DNA of 64,000 nt, from the IMG/VR virus record IMGVR_UViG_3300028582_000237, positions 2,641 to 66,640 of that record; one strand, given 5' to 3'. A program made the position numbers and the translations under genes. Within the stretch, counting starts at the first letter, position 1. The number at the start of each line of letters is the position of its first letter. Below, in pieces: positions 9,401 to 18,434 of the stretch. This DNA comes from a virus. Taxonomy: Duplodnaviria; Caudoviricetes. The notes under the pieces are model-generated. The model made no database searches. It saw only the letters and a list, made by a program, of their open reading frames with translations, and was not told the origin of the DNA.

Positions 9401-10224
9401 ATACCACACAATCCTTCGCATTCATTCTCAAAAAAGTCTCCCTGGTTTTCATCAAATATTACCTTATCGATAGGGACGCAACTCCTATGCAGATAAATTG
9501 GCTGGTTTACTCCTCTCTTACTGCTGTTCCTTATCGCATGATCTATATTAACTATTTCCTGCCATTCGTTAGGATTGGTTTTCTTAACATTTAATAAATT
9601 TTTATCACCTTGATATGGACAAAATATACAAGCACTTTTTACTGGTACGGGGAACTTGTTTTTTTCTAACCAGCATCGGCAGTCTCCTCTTGTCAAAGGA
9701 TGGGGGAAATATGAACCCCCGAGATTAAGAAATGGATATATTTTCCTCTTCCATTTTTCTGTAGAGTCTTTTACACGGGTAACTTCATCCATAGTTATCC
9801 CAAACCATATTTCTGTTAAAGGCAATCTTTTGTATTTTGCTAATCCATATAATTCCCTGATTTCTTTATCCACAACAGCAATTTTATACTCATGCGTGCA
9901 TTGTCTCCTGAGCATTCCCGTTTTGCCATCTAAGGATTTAGTATAAGCTGGAATTGAAGCAAAAGTATTACCTGATGTATTCCTCCCATAAAGCAAATCT
10001 TTTTTTATGGATTTCTTAGCTGAGTGAATTATGGGAATGCCGGAATTATTATTTTGCCATTTTTTAAGCCAATTGAGGGACACATGCGTCTTTATCTTTT
10101 CAGCCCCTGTATCTGCAAATATGGCATAATCTGCTCTCGGCAAATAGCCCATAGAGCTCATCAAATACAAGGTTGTACTTTGAACTCCCATTCCGAGTGA
10201 TATTATTTTTAGATTATTTATCAA
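9397..10224 (-). CDS. PAPS-reductase-like (adenine nucleotide alpha-hydrolase fold) phage protein
   Basis: PP-loop-like IISLGMGVQST, AIFADTGAE, RQCT.EYKI, WFGIT.DE..R, YP, KSAC.FCPY, C-terminal CEGLCG. Confidence 0.8.
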   Translation of the reverse strand: MINNLKIISLGMGVQSTTLYLMSSMGYLPRADYAIFADTGAEKIKTHVSLNWLKKWQNNNSGIPIIHSAKKSIKKDLLYGRNTSGNTFASIPAYTKSLDGKTGMLRRQCTHEYKIAVVDKEIRELYGLAKYKRLPLTEIWFGITMDEVTRVKDSTEKWKRKIYPFLNLGGSYFPHPLTRGDCRCWLEKNKFPVPVKSACIFCPYQGDKNLLNVKKTNPNEWQEIVNIDHAIRNSSKRGVNQPIYLHRSCVPIDKVIFDENQGDFFENECEGLCGI

Positions 10225-10254
10225 TTCATAAGCCCTTATGAATAGATTATAAGA

Positions 10255-10277
10255 ACCCCTTCCAGTTTGGAAGGGGT
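10255..10277 (-). terminator. Probable intrinsic terminator after the 155-aa structural gene
   Basis: Perfect 10-bp stem ACCCCTTCCA/TGGAAGGGGT with a 3-nt loop, followed on the minus strand by TCTTAT (weak U-tract). Confidence 0.6.
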
Positions 10278-10295
10278 GAAAGGAAAAATGAAAGA

Positions 10296-10763
10296 TTAAG
10301 CTTTTGGCTTCCAGATAATTTGAAACTTACCTTCAAGCCCAACAGTTATAGTACCGGCCGGGTTAACAATATCAACCGTCATAACTGTTCCTGCTGCTAT
10401 TTCTGCTTTTGTTGAATCCACAACTACATTAGTTACATCTCCAATATTACCGGCCAATCCGATTGCAGCTGATTGTGCTACAACTGTAGGAGTTGCTCCA
10501 TAATTAAGTCTTACCACAGGTGTATTGCCTGTTCCTGTCTGCACCTTTGTTGTAATGAACTTTACATCTACAATGTCCCCTTTGCAAGGCATAACAAATG
10601 CAGGAATACCTGCAGTTGCACCAGATGCACCGGCGACACACACACCTGTTGGAATTATAAATGGGAAATCTTTTAAAATGCCCAGAGCATTTATATTGAG
10701 TTCATTCATAAACCCTTTATTTGTTACATCAGCAGCTGAAAGCTGCGGGAATTTTGCACCCAT
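10296..10763 (-). CDS. Putative capsid decoration/cement-type structural protein
   Basis: 155 aa rich in G/A/T/V with an all-beta pattern, strong SD GGAGG, own terminator, located among head genes. Function is inferred from composition only. Confidence 0.5.
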   Translation of the reverse strand: MGAKFPQLSAADVTNKGFMNELNINALGILKDFPFIIPTGVCVAGASGATAGIPAFVMPCKGDIVDVKFITTKVQTGTGNTPVVRLNYGATPTVVAQSAAIGLAGNIGDVTNVVVDSTKAEIAAGTVMTVDIVNPAGTITVGLEGKFQIIWKPKA

Positions 10764-10851
10764 ATTAACCTCCCGGGATTAAAGTTTACATATAGTTTGA
10801 AGCTTCTATCTATTAATTTATTAAATTTTTAAATTCCGAACAACTACTAAA

Positions 10852-10880
10852 TTGCTAAATTATTGTTAATTGGCTATTAT
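10852..10880 (+). promoter_or_regulatory. Putative sigma70-type promoter for the SRAP gene
   Basis: TTGCTA-N17-TATTAT ending 22 nt upstream of the ATG. Confidence 0.5.
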
Positions 10881-10902
10881 ATTTGTTAAAAATAGGTGAC
10901 TT

Positions 10903-11505
10903 ATGTGCGGACGTTTTGAAAATAAAATGAAATCAAAGGATATAATTGAATATTTGAGAGGTTATCTCGAAATAATAGATGAATGCTCCCAGATTGAATT
11001 TAAAAGAACCAATATAGCCCCTTCTCTTCAAATCCAGACCATTATTAAAGAGAATGACACCTTATATCTGCGGCCAACAACCTGGGGAATTGAGTTTGGA
11101 AAGAAATCTCCTTTTATAATAAATACCAGAGCTGAAACAATTCGATCAAAATCAAATTGGCGAAAAGCAGCAATTCAAAATCGGTCTCTAGTACCAATGA
11201 CTGCTTTTTATGAATGGAAACAAGACGAAAAAGATAAAAAGAAAACTCCCTATAGGATTTCTTTGCCTGGTAATGACTTATTTTTGGTCCCTGCCATTAC
11301 ACTCAAAATAGACAATGAATATTGTACCTCCCTTATTACAACTGAGCCAAATAAATCTATGTCAACTATCCATAATAGAATGCCCGTTATTATGCTTAAG
11401 TATACGATAGGTGGATATTTTAATCTTGATGAAAGTGTTTTACTGGATCAATTGCATCCTCTTAATAATGATGTAGTAATGGATGCGGAAAAAAATAGCA
11501 ATTAA
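10903..11505 (+). CDS. SRAP/HMCES-family (SOS response-associated peptidase, abasic-site crosslinking) protein
   Basis: N-terminal MCGRF, N.APS, WG, INTRAET, FYEW, IHNRMPVI. Confidence 0.95.
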   Translation: MCGRFENKMKSKDIIEYLRGYLEIIDECSQIEFKRTNIAPSLQIQTIIKENDTLYLRPTTWGIEFGKKSPFIINTRAETIRSKSNWRKAAIQNRSLVPMTAFYEWKQDEKDKKKTPYRISLPGNDLFLVPAITLKIDNEYCTSLITTEPNKSMSTIHNRMPVIMLKYTIGGYFNLDESVLLDQLHPLNNDVVMDAEKNSN

Positions 11506-11511
11506 AAGTAA

Positions 11512-11898
11512 TCACATTTTCGATGGGAATTTAAGAATTATTAAATTTTTACTTAAATTTTTGGCTTTGCTATTAGATAAACATATTTTTGATTGAGAAT
11601 CCAGGATCAAGGAATGAAATATATTTGCTTCAATTGGATCAGGCTTTAATAGAGTTCCAATCTCTCTTGTTTGGCCTGCATTTATTTTCCCAGCACCAAA
11701 TCCATCTCTGTTTTCCAACAAACTATTTAAAACAATACAATCATCTCTTTCCCCATCCCTATCGACTGAGACTCCCCCTTCTCTGACCTTAAAAAGAGCT
11801 GATGTAGGTCTATTCTCTTCCTCATTCCAATGTAATGGGTGAATAGCTCTAAATAAAGTTTCTTTGTCCTCTATATTACCTTCTGGAAAAAAACTCAT
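11512..11898 (-). CDS. Small protein with ART/RES-like pattern, candidate toxin
   Basis: ETLFRAI, PTSALF, GVSVDR, DP...N.FHSLI; last gene of an AT-rich three-gene unit. Fold assignment is inference. Confidence 0.55.
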   Translation of the reverse strand: MSFFPEGNIEDKETLFRAIHPLHWNEEENRPTSALFKVREGGVSVDRDGERDDCIVLNSLLENRDGFGAGKINAGQTREIGTLLKPDPIEANIFHSLILDSQSKICLSNSKAKNLSKNLIILKFPSKM

Positions 11899-12484
11899 TA
11901 ATTTTTGTTATTGCTTGAATTGGTGTTATGGATTCTAAATCTTCAGACACTCCACTTAATTCATAGTAAAGAGTCATGAAGTCTTGATAAATTTCAATTT
12001 CCAAATAATCAGAATTAGATTTTTCATACTCTAATTGAATACTATTTCTACCTGTAGGAAAAACATTTGGCTGCCATTTCAAGTCATTAGAATTAATAAA
12101 CGCTAAAGCTTTTTCAATAACTGCCTCAGTAAATTGTCCCGCGTTATTTTTATTCCAATTTGGTTCTAGCTTCCTAAAGGAATTAATTCTGGTTATATTA
12201 TTAATTTTTCGATGTAATTGTCTTATTTCTTCTTTGTTTTTTATAAGCTGAACAAATAAATCTTTATTTTGGATGGAAATATCCGCGTACTCATTCAACA
12301 AAACGTTTTGTGTAACAGTAATTAGTTGTGTCCGTTCGGCAACTTCTTTTTTAACAACTTTATCTATATGTTCATAAATACTGGGAGTAATTGTTGTTGG
12401 AGATGCAGACAAACTATTTATAAAATAATAATTATCTTCTAAAGAATTTAAGATTGAATCTTGATCTTCACATTCAGCTGACAT
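11876..12484 (-). CDS. Conserved hypothetical protein (coiled coil plus NW...A...A....P.VFPT....IQLEY...LEIEI domain), candidate antitoxin
   Basis: The C-terminal pattern matches a widespread uncharacterised domain; overlaps the downstream gene by 23 nt. Confidence 0.6.
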   Translation of the reverse strand: MSAECEDQDSILNSLEDNYYFINSLSASPTTITPSIYEHIDKVVKKEVAERTQLITVTQNVLLNEYADISIQNKDLFVQLIKNKEEIRQLHRKINNITRINSFRKLEPNWNKNNAGQFTEAVIEKALAFINSNDLKWQPNVFPTGRNSIQLEYEKSNSDYLEIEIYQDFMTLYYELSGVSEDLESITPIQAITKINEFFSRR

Positions 12485-12485
12485 A

Positions 12486-13148
12486 TTAACCTTTACAATT
12501 TATTAGATTAGTAATTTCATCATTATAATAATTTCTGGCGGTAACTAAAATTTTCTCTATATTTTCTTTTGGTATACCAGTCATTCTATTATCACTTTTA
12601 GAGTAAAAATCCATTAAACCAGAATATGAATAGCTGGGTTTATGTGTTTCATTAAGTTGAAATACCACATTGTAATCATAATTCATATAATTGACTTCAT
12701 ACTTATAAACAAGATCAATCCCCTGAAGTTTTTTTCCTATTTTACTAACTTTAATCAATGAATTTTGAATATTCATCTCATTATAGTTTCTTGGTTCGTG
12801 TCCTTCAATTATGAAATTCGTTACTAATCCCACTAATGAAAATTTTTGTTTTGGTGAATAAGTAACCCATAATTCTAATAGTTTTTTTGCTATTTCCATT
12901 AGTTCATCAAATGAACAATTATTCTGATATATTAAAGCATTAGGAGCTAACTTTAGTTCTAATTCAGAATTTAAATCACTCTTTAATATTTCAGTTGGAC
13001 CAATTCTTAATGGTTGAAGATCTATATTTAATATATTTTGTATATCATTAATATAGTCCGCCCTGAAGGAACTAAAATTATGATCTTTTAAAAAGGAATG
13101 AATTCCAAACACATAATTGGATATTTCTATATCATCTAAAGATATCAT
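12486..13148 (-). CDS. TIGR04255-like protein, candidate chaperone/partner
   Basis: 220 aa with alternating beta-strand pattern and VGL.TNF motif; first gene of the triad; stop 1 nt from the next start. Confidence 0.5.
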   Translation of the reverse strand: MISLDDIEISNYVFGIHSFLKDHNFSSFRADYINDIQNILNIDLQPLRIGPTEILKSDLNSELELKLAPNALIYQNNCSFDELMEIAKKLLELWVTYSPKQKFSLVGLVTNFIIEGHEPRNYNEMNIQNSLIKVSKIGKKLQGIDLVYKYEVNYMNYDYNVVFQLNETHKPSYSYSGLMDFYSKSDNRMTGIPKENIEKILVTARNYYNDEITNLINCKG

Positions 13149-13278
13149 ATTTGCCTCAAAGGGCTAAAATAAGTTATTGTATGCAGAATTATTTGTGATT
13201 ATTAATAATAATTCCCTGAATCACATTTTATAATAGTAGAAGTATCTTAAATACGAAAATCCGCTTTTATTTTTGTTA

Positions 13279-13306
13279 AAGATACGAAAATTTTGCGATT
13301 TTCCAA
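13279..13306 (-). promoter_or_regulatory. Possible promoter for the three-gene insert
   Basis: TTGGAA-N16-TATCTT on the minus strand in the 217-nt intergenic gap; AT-rich context, so weak support. Confidence 0.35.
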
Positions 13307-13365
13307 GAAAAATCTATCCAATACTTATATTTTCGGATATTTTTTGAAGTTTTTTAACAAATTAT

Positions 13366-16300
13366 TCATTTAGAAGTTTTGGGTATTATCCCCCAAATAT
13401 ATTTCGCCTCTACAGATTCAGTATTAACATCAGCAATGTGCCTGAAATTGGGAGAAATCGTATATTTAGGATAACCATCAGCGTCTGAGGCACCTATAAT
13501 ACTTTCGATATTACTTGCATCTGGATAAAAAGCATACATTTGGTGAGTTACTTTCTCCGCCGCTTTAATAGCAGATTCTTTACTTCCATCATATTTATAT
13601 GCTAGTATATCCAATAACTCACCTTCTGAATCTCTTACTATTCTGAAAACGGTGTTCGGGGGATATTTGCCTTTATTTTTAGAAGTTATCTCCACCGGGG
13701 TTTCTTTTTTCGGTGGCTGAATTACATCCGGGCTATTTTTGTAATCTTTTTGCCATCTTCTTATGTTATTATTCTTTTTACTTGGAAGTAATATTTTATT
13801 ATCTTTTTTCATACCAGTGGGCAATTCAGATTTCGTATTTTGAAATAAACTTAGCTGCCGGCCGAATGCCTTGTAAATAGGTTTGCCAGATTTTTCAATA
13901 TACTTTTTCAGTAATTTATAATAATCTTTTCTTTCTTCGATATGTATTTTAGCTATATACTTAAAAAATTCATCCTCACTCATTGGCATCTTAATACCTT
14001 CCTCTTTTAGTCTTTTCTCCAGATCCTGATATAAATTTTTATGTTCTTTTTCTATCCTGATACCTTCTTTTATACTTTTCAGTAATTTTTTCCCTCTTAA
14101 AGCAATCCTGGTAAAAATGCTTTTATTAACTCCGGTTGGGTATTTAACATCAAAAGCTTTTGGAAAGGCATCATCCGGGCTCATTCCTTCCGAGAACATA
14201 TCTGGTTCCTGAAGACTAATATAATCTTTTATCTTCTTCCTTATTTCATTTGGCTTAGTATTATTAAGCAAATCAAATACTGCCAAATCTTTGTTACTGG
14301 CTTTTAATGGTTCAAAAACATTATTGGCCTCCTGCGCAATAAAATCATCTGGGCCATTAAAATTGACTTTTGACGCATTATATTTTGAAAGTATTTTTAT
14401 GGCGTGCTGTAAATTAGGAATCAGGTCTCCCTTTTTCCCTTTTATTGCAAATAAATCTCCAAGTGATTTGATAATCCCTTCCCTGGCAGAATCTTGGATT
14501 CGTTCAAAATGTTGGCTGCTGCCGCCTAATACGCTCTGCAGCAATAATTCTTTAAGTTTATCCTTATGGTTTCCCTCTAATTTCCCAGTTTTTACATTAT
14601 AATATAAATGTTGTTCGTTTTCTGGAATTATTTTTTTATCAATCAATTCTTTTACTATATCTGGTCCAATTTCGTCAAGATATTCACTTATAGTATTATT
14701 ATCCCCTTTTGCATTCTTAAATAATTCAGAAAGATTATTGAAGGTTCTATCATCAATTCTTGTTGCTTTTCCCTTAGCAGTTTCACGTTCTTCCGGAGCC
14801 AGCATATTTGAAGTATTACTTATAGCACCTAATCTCTGGGCTTCCTTATTATCAATATTTATTCTGCGCACTAAAACAGGCGCCTTCATTTTTTCTATAT
14901 TTTCTGCGTTAAAACCAAATTTCTCAGCATTCTTAATAAGATCTTGTTTGTATTTGGCGCCTTCATTTTGATAATGCAACTGCAGGCCTATTCCTCTGTC
15001 ATTACCAGCTATAATATTATAATCCTCGTTGACTACCGGGGCACCATCCTGGGCTGTTTTTGAATCGCTTACAAAGTCAAAGTTGGGATTAGCAGCTATT
15101 TTATTTATTTGAGCAATGCTTTGACCTGTTGTACGGTCTCTATTCTGGGCATCAGAAATGGTATATCTCTTATTGGCCTCTCCACCTGGTAAATGAGAAG
15201 CTATTAAATCATCAGCTTCAACCACTTCATAAAACCCTAAGGCAGAATCTTTATCATCTGTTCCAAAATAAATCTTCTGTGCCGGTAAATTACTTATTAA
15301 GCCTTTACTTGCTTTTGTGGGTTCAAATAGTGATTTACCATTTATTATTCTCAGGTCCTCAACTTTTATACTTTTTTCTTCATCCCCATCCTGGTAGAAA
15401 ACTTTATCAGGGGATAAGTCTGTTATTGGGTATTCTTTCTCCCCTAATGTAAGTTTTTCAGCTGGTCCATCAACAGTCACCGCCCATGTACCCTCCTTTG
15501 GCTTAAATTCACTTGATAATTCAAACTTTTGACCATCAATTTCGATCTTCTTTTTGGCAGTATATTTATTTTCACCAATATTAAAGCCCCTTTCTTTTTG
15601 CATTTTTACAAAGGCATGGTATTCCGGGCTTGACAATATCTCACGAATATTTGCCTGTTTTTCCTCTCTTTCGCTTATTGCTTTCTGTTTGTCTTCTTCT
15701 GATTGTATTGGGGCATTGTCCAGCCTGTTAAATCTTATTTTTATTCCGCGGCGTTCTTTTTCAGATCTAACTCTCTCCTCAGCTTCAGGCGATAGTTTGC
15801 CGCTAAATTTAAAGGTATTTTTCGGATATGTTACAATCTCATCATCAGTTGGATTCCCAACTTTTATAAAATTCTTCCTTGCTTTTTTTGCTTTCTTATC
15901 TTCAGCGTCTCTGTAACCATTATATTCTTTATGGCTAAGAAATGCTTCTTTCCCGTCATGTGTCTTTACTATGTAGTCATTATTGTTAATATCAATAATA
16001 TCATAATCCTGCCCTTCAAAAGTCAATTTATTGATCTCCTGTCCGTCTATTCTTGTTTTTGTCTTTCGGGTTTGAGGATTATAATATTTATCTACGCTCC
16101 TGATTTCTTTGCCTGTATCTATATTTTTTTTTCGTCTTATTGCACTTACTCTCTCAAAGTCATTAGTATCTTTCAGATATTGCTTATACTCGGGCTGATT
16201 ATCATAATTCAATTCCTGATTATTATTGTCTTCAGTGTTATATCTTTCAATATATTTTTCAAGTAAAATTAACTTTAATCTGGAATCGTTTGTTTTTATT

Positions 16301-17655
16301 AATGCAAGGTTATCAGTTTTCTGTAGTATTTTGGCAGATTTTCCTTCGTATTTAATTTCATCACCAGTTTTATATAATTCGTGTTCTTTTACTTTTTCTA
16401 AATGGCTATTTTTATTTATTGCCTTTGTAACACCCTCAAAATCAACTGCAATATAATTTTCTGATTGCTCCAGGACCTCACCAACTTTATCCCCCTGTTT
16501 AATTAAATCTCCCGGTTTGAAGCTTTCCAAGTTGTATTCTTTTGGTGCATTTTCTGAAGGGAGAGAGCCTTTTACTGATTCACCGTCCTTATTTCTCCAT
16601 TCCGTCTGCCCATTGGGAAGCTTGTATAAATATATATACCCCTCCCCGGAAGGATCAGGCTTTCTCATTATATATTTATGACCAGGCCTCTCATTGCCCC
16701 TTAACAAATTAGCTCCAAAAGGTGATTTTAGGGCAAAAGACATACCGAATGCTTTTAGCATAGGCTTTGGTTTGCTATTGACTTCTATATTTAAATCGGT
16801 TAAGTTTAATTCAGGGTTTGCCTCTTGCCCTGCCAATTGCAAAAGTGGAGGCAACAAAAGGTCTGTTAGTTTTAACAGACCTTTTTTTATATATAGAATT
16901 CCTTTCGAATGATTATCAATGTTTTTCTTACCAAAGATACCTGCAGTAACTATAGAACTATCATTAGTAAAAGAAGCATAATAATTTTTATCGTTTTTAT
17001 TCTTAACAAAGATATACTCTGCTTTTAATAAGGAACCTTTAGTATCTTTATTAGCTATGATTTTATCAGGGTCAACCAATAAATCTTTAATTATACCTAG
17101 TGTTTCAATGCGAGCCTGATTATTTAATGTTAGCTTATCCCATTGGACGCTTTTGTTTTTTGCAGCTTCTTCAAACTTTTCTTTACCAATCCCAACAATT
17201 CCGCATAGTTTTATAAAATCTCTGGGCAGTATTGTGATTTGCTTCTTCTTGCCAGCTATTACTAATGGAGTTTCATAGCTACCAACAACATAATTTTTAA
17301 AATCCTCAAACAACTCTTCCAGGTATTTTTCTTTCTTAAAAATAAATCTTCCGGTAATTGGGCTTCTTGGATGCTTTTCTTCAAACTCACTATCATTTAT
17401 GCTTTTATTTAGTAAGTAGGTATTTAGAACTTCTCGATTTGCTCTCAGATATTTGCCGGATTTTTCTAATATTACTCTGTTATCAGAATAATCAGTAATC
17501 CTTCCATAATCTGTTTTAAGGCCTTTTCTCAGGCAATTAACCGGGTAACTTTCTATTAATTCTCCATCATTACTTATAACAGTAATTTGCCCGGCACTTA
17601 GTGTCTTGGAAATAAAGCCACCATTATAATCAGGTATTTTGCAGGTAAAATTCAT
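13366..17655 (-). CDS. Giant polyvalent head-associated protein with DdrB-like ParB domain and DUF5661-like region
   Basis: EEKHPRS..GRF motif; possible PBECR-like RNase region (~aa 140-270); ERPGHKYI.R.....G..Y.Y motif; KOW/SH3-like repeats; YEVVEADDLIASH...QNRDR...I.KIA.N....DGAP......IAGN.R (ddrB-ParB); EGIRIEKEH...IA..H..E..DYY..L. Likely start ATG 17655 (the track start 17694 overlaps the upstream gene). Confidence 0.8.
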   Translation of the reverse strand: MNFTCKIPDYNGGFISKTLSAGQITVISNDGELIESYPVNCLRKGLKTDYGRITDYSDNRVILEKSGKYLRANREVLNTYLLNKSINDSEFEEKHPRSPITGRFIFKKEKYLEELFEDFKNYVVGSYETPLVIAGKKKQITILPRDFIKLCGIVGIGKEKFEEAAKNKSVQWDKLTLNNQARIETLGIIKDLLVDPDKIIANKDTKGSLLKAEYIFVKNKNDKNYYASFTNDSSIVTAGIFGKKNIDNHSKGILYIKKGLLKLTDLLLPPLLQLAGQEANPELNLTDLNIEVNSKPKPMLKAFGMSFALKSPFGANLLRGNERPGHKYIMRKPDPSGEGYIYLYKLPNGQTEWRNKDGESVKGSLPSENAPKEYNLESFKPGDLIKQGDKVGEVLEQSENYIAVDFEGVTKAINKNSHLEKVKEHELYKTGDEIKYEGKSAKILQKTDNLALIKTNDSRLKLILLEKYIERYNTEDNNNQELNYDNQPEYKQYLKDTNDFERVSAIRRKKNIDTGKEIRSVDKYYNPQTRKTKTRIDGQEINKLTFEGQDYDIIDINNNDYIVKTHDGKEAFLSHKEYNGYRDAEDKKAKKARKNFIKVGNPTDDEIVTYPKNTFKFSGKLSPEAEERVRSEKERRGIKIRFNRLDNAPIQSEEDKQKAISEREEKQANIREILSSPEYHAFVKMQKERGFNIGENKYTAKKKIEIDGQKFELSSEFKPKEGTWAVTVDGPAEKLTLGEKEYPITDLSPDKVFYQDGDEEKSIKVEDLRIINGKSLFEPTKASKGLISNLPAQKIYFGTDDKDSALGFYEVVEADDLIASHLPGGEANKRYTISDAQNRDRTTGQSIAQINKIAANPNFDFVSDSKTAQDGAPVVNEDYNIIAGNDRGIGLQLHYQNEGAKYKQDLIKNAEKFGFNAENIEKMKAPVLVRRINIDNKEAQRLGAISNTSNMLAPEERETAKGKATRIDDRTFNNLSELFKNAKGDNNTISEYLDEIGPDIVKELIDKKIIPENEQHLYYNVKTGKLEGNHKDKLKELLLQSVLGGSSQHFERIQDSAREGIIKSLGDLFAIKGKKGDLIPNLQHAIKILSKYNASKVNFNGPDDFIAQEANNVFEPLKASNKDLAVFDLLNNTKPNEIRKKIKDYISLQEPDMFSEGMSPDDAFPKAFDVKYPTGVNKSIFTRIALRGKKLLKSIKEGIRIEKEHKNLYQDLEKRLKEEGIKMPMSEDEFFKYIAKIHIEERKDYYKLLKKYIEKSGKPIYKAFGRQLSLFQNTKSELPTGMKKDNKILLPSKKNNNIRRWQKDYKNSPDVIQPPKKETPVEITSKNKGKYPPNTVFRIVRDSEGELLDILAYKYDGSKESAIKAAEKVTHQMYAFYPDASNIESIIGASDADGYPKYTISPNFRHIADVNTESVEAKYIWGIIPKTSK

Positions 17656-17659
17656 ATGA

Positions 17660-17977
17660 TTATTCGAAATAAACTTTGTACTTATCAAGATCAATTTCAG
17701 GTAAAGGGATTGTTTGGCCTGCTAAAAAATGAGTGCTGTCCCATAGGAATTCTATTCTGCCATTTGTCACATAACAATGACATACATCTATTACTTTTTC
17801 CTGATCATTATAGCCTTTTGTTAATATGCTGGGAGTAAATGTGGGATTGTCACAATCTCCATTGAACTCCCATTTTATTTTGGCATACTCGTTTATCTCT
17901 GTTGGAAGGTTATGGAAACGCCCGCATCCTGGACAAATAAATCCGTAAAATTTATATTTCGTTTCTTTTACTTTCAT
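17660..17977 (-). CDS. DUF6527-like cysteine/histidine protein
   Basis: FICPGCG..H, W.FNGD...PTF.PSIL, CH.YVT.G.IEFL.DSTH.LAGQT. Confidence 0.75.
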   Translation of the reverse strand: MKVKETKYKFYGFICPGCGRFHNLPTEINEYAKIKWEFNGDCDNPTFTPSILTKGYNDQEKVIDVCHCYVTNGRIEFLWDSTHFLAGQTIPLPEIDLDKYKVYFE

Positions 17978-18430
17978 TTACTTCACTTGGATTTTGTCTT
18001 TTTTCTGATTCATATTATTAATTATGCTCTGAAGTTTTCTTACTTCCTCATCCTTTTTTTTTATATCATCTTCCAGTTGCTTAACACGTCCCTTTAATTG
18101 TTCTCTCTCATCTCTTGTTTCAGAGAGTTCACTTTCCAACTGAATGTATTTTTGAGTAATATCGGCTAATTCTTTTTCTGTTTTTAATAGTGTCTCTTTA
18201 ACGTGATTCAATTCTATCTTTACTTTTTCATTATCATCCATAAGTGACTTGCGGAAAATATTCTGGTCGTGTGTAAAATTGCGCATAGTTTCTTCAAGGA
18301 AACTTGAAATTTCAACTTTTTTCTTTCTTTCTTTCTTTTTATTAAGGAGCAATGTGCCAATTATGCTTAATAACCCTGTAACGACTGCAGATACTACAGC
18401 CACACCGGCATCGCTGTTAAAGAATTCCAT
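17978..18430 (-). CDS. Membrane-anchored coiled-coil protein
   Basis: One N-terminal hydrophobic helix followed by KKKERKKK and a long heptad region. Confidence 0.65.
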   Translation of the reverse strand: MEFFNSDAGVAVVSAVVTGLLSIIGTLLLNKKKERKKKVEISSFLEETMRNFTHDQNIFRKSLMDDNEKVKIELNHVKETLLKTEKELADITQKYIQLESELSETRDEREQLKGRVKQLEDDIKKKDEEVRKLQSIINNMNQKKDKIQVK

Positions 18431-18434
18431 TTTA

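Noticed and set aside
10878-10885. Bacteroidota-type TAnnTTTG promoter (TATATTTG)
   Set aside because: Better explained by the overlapping TTGCTA-N17-TATTAT; the phage uses SD sites and a consensus sigma70 promoter elsewhere, so the match may be chance in AT-rich DNA.
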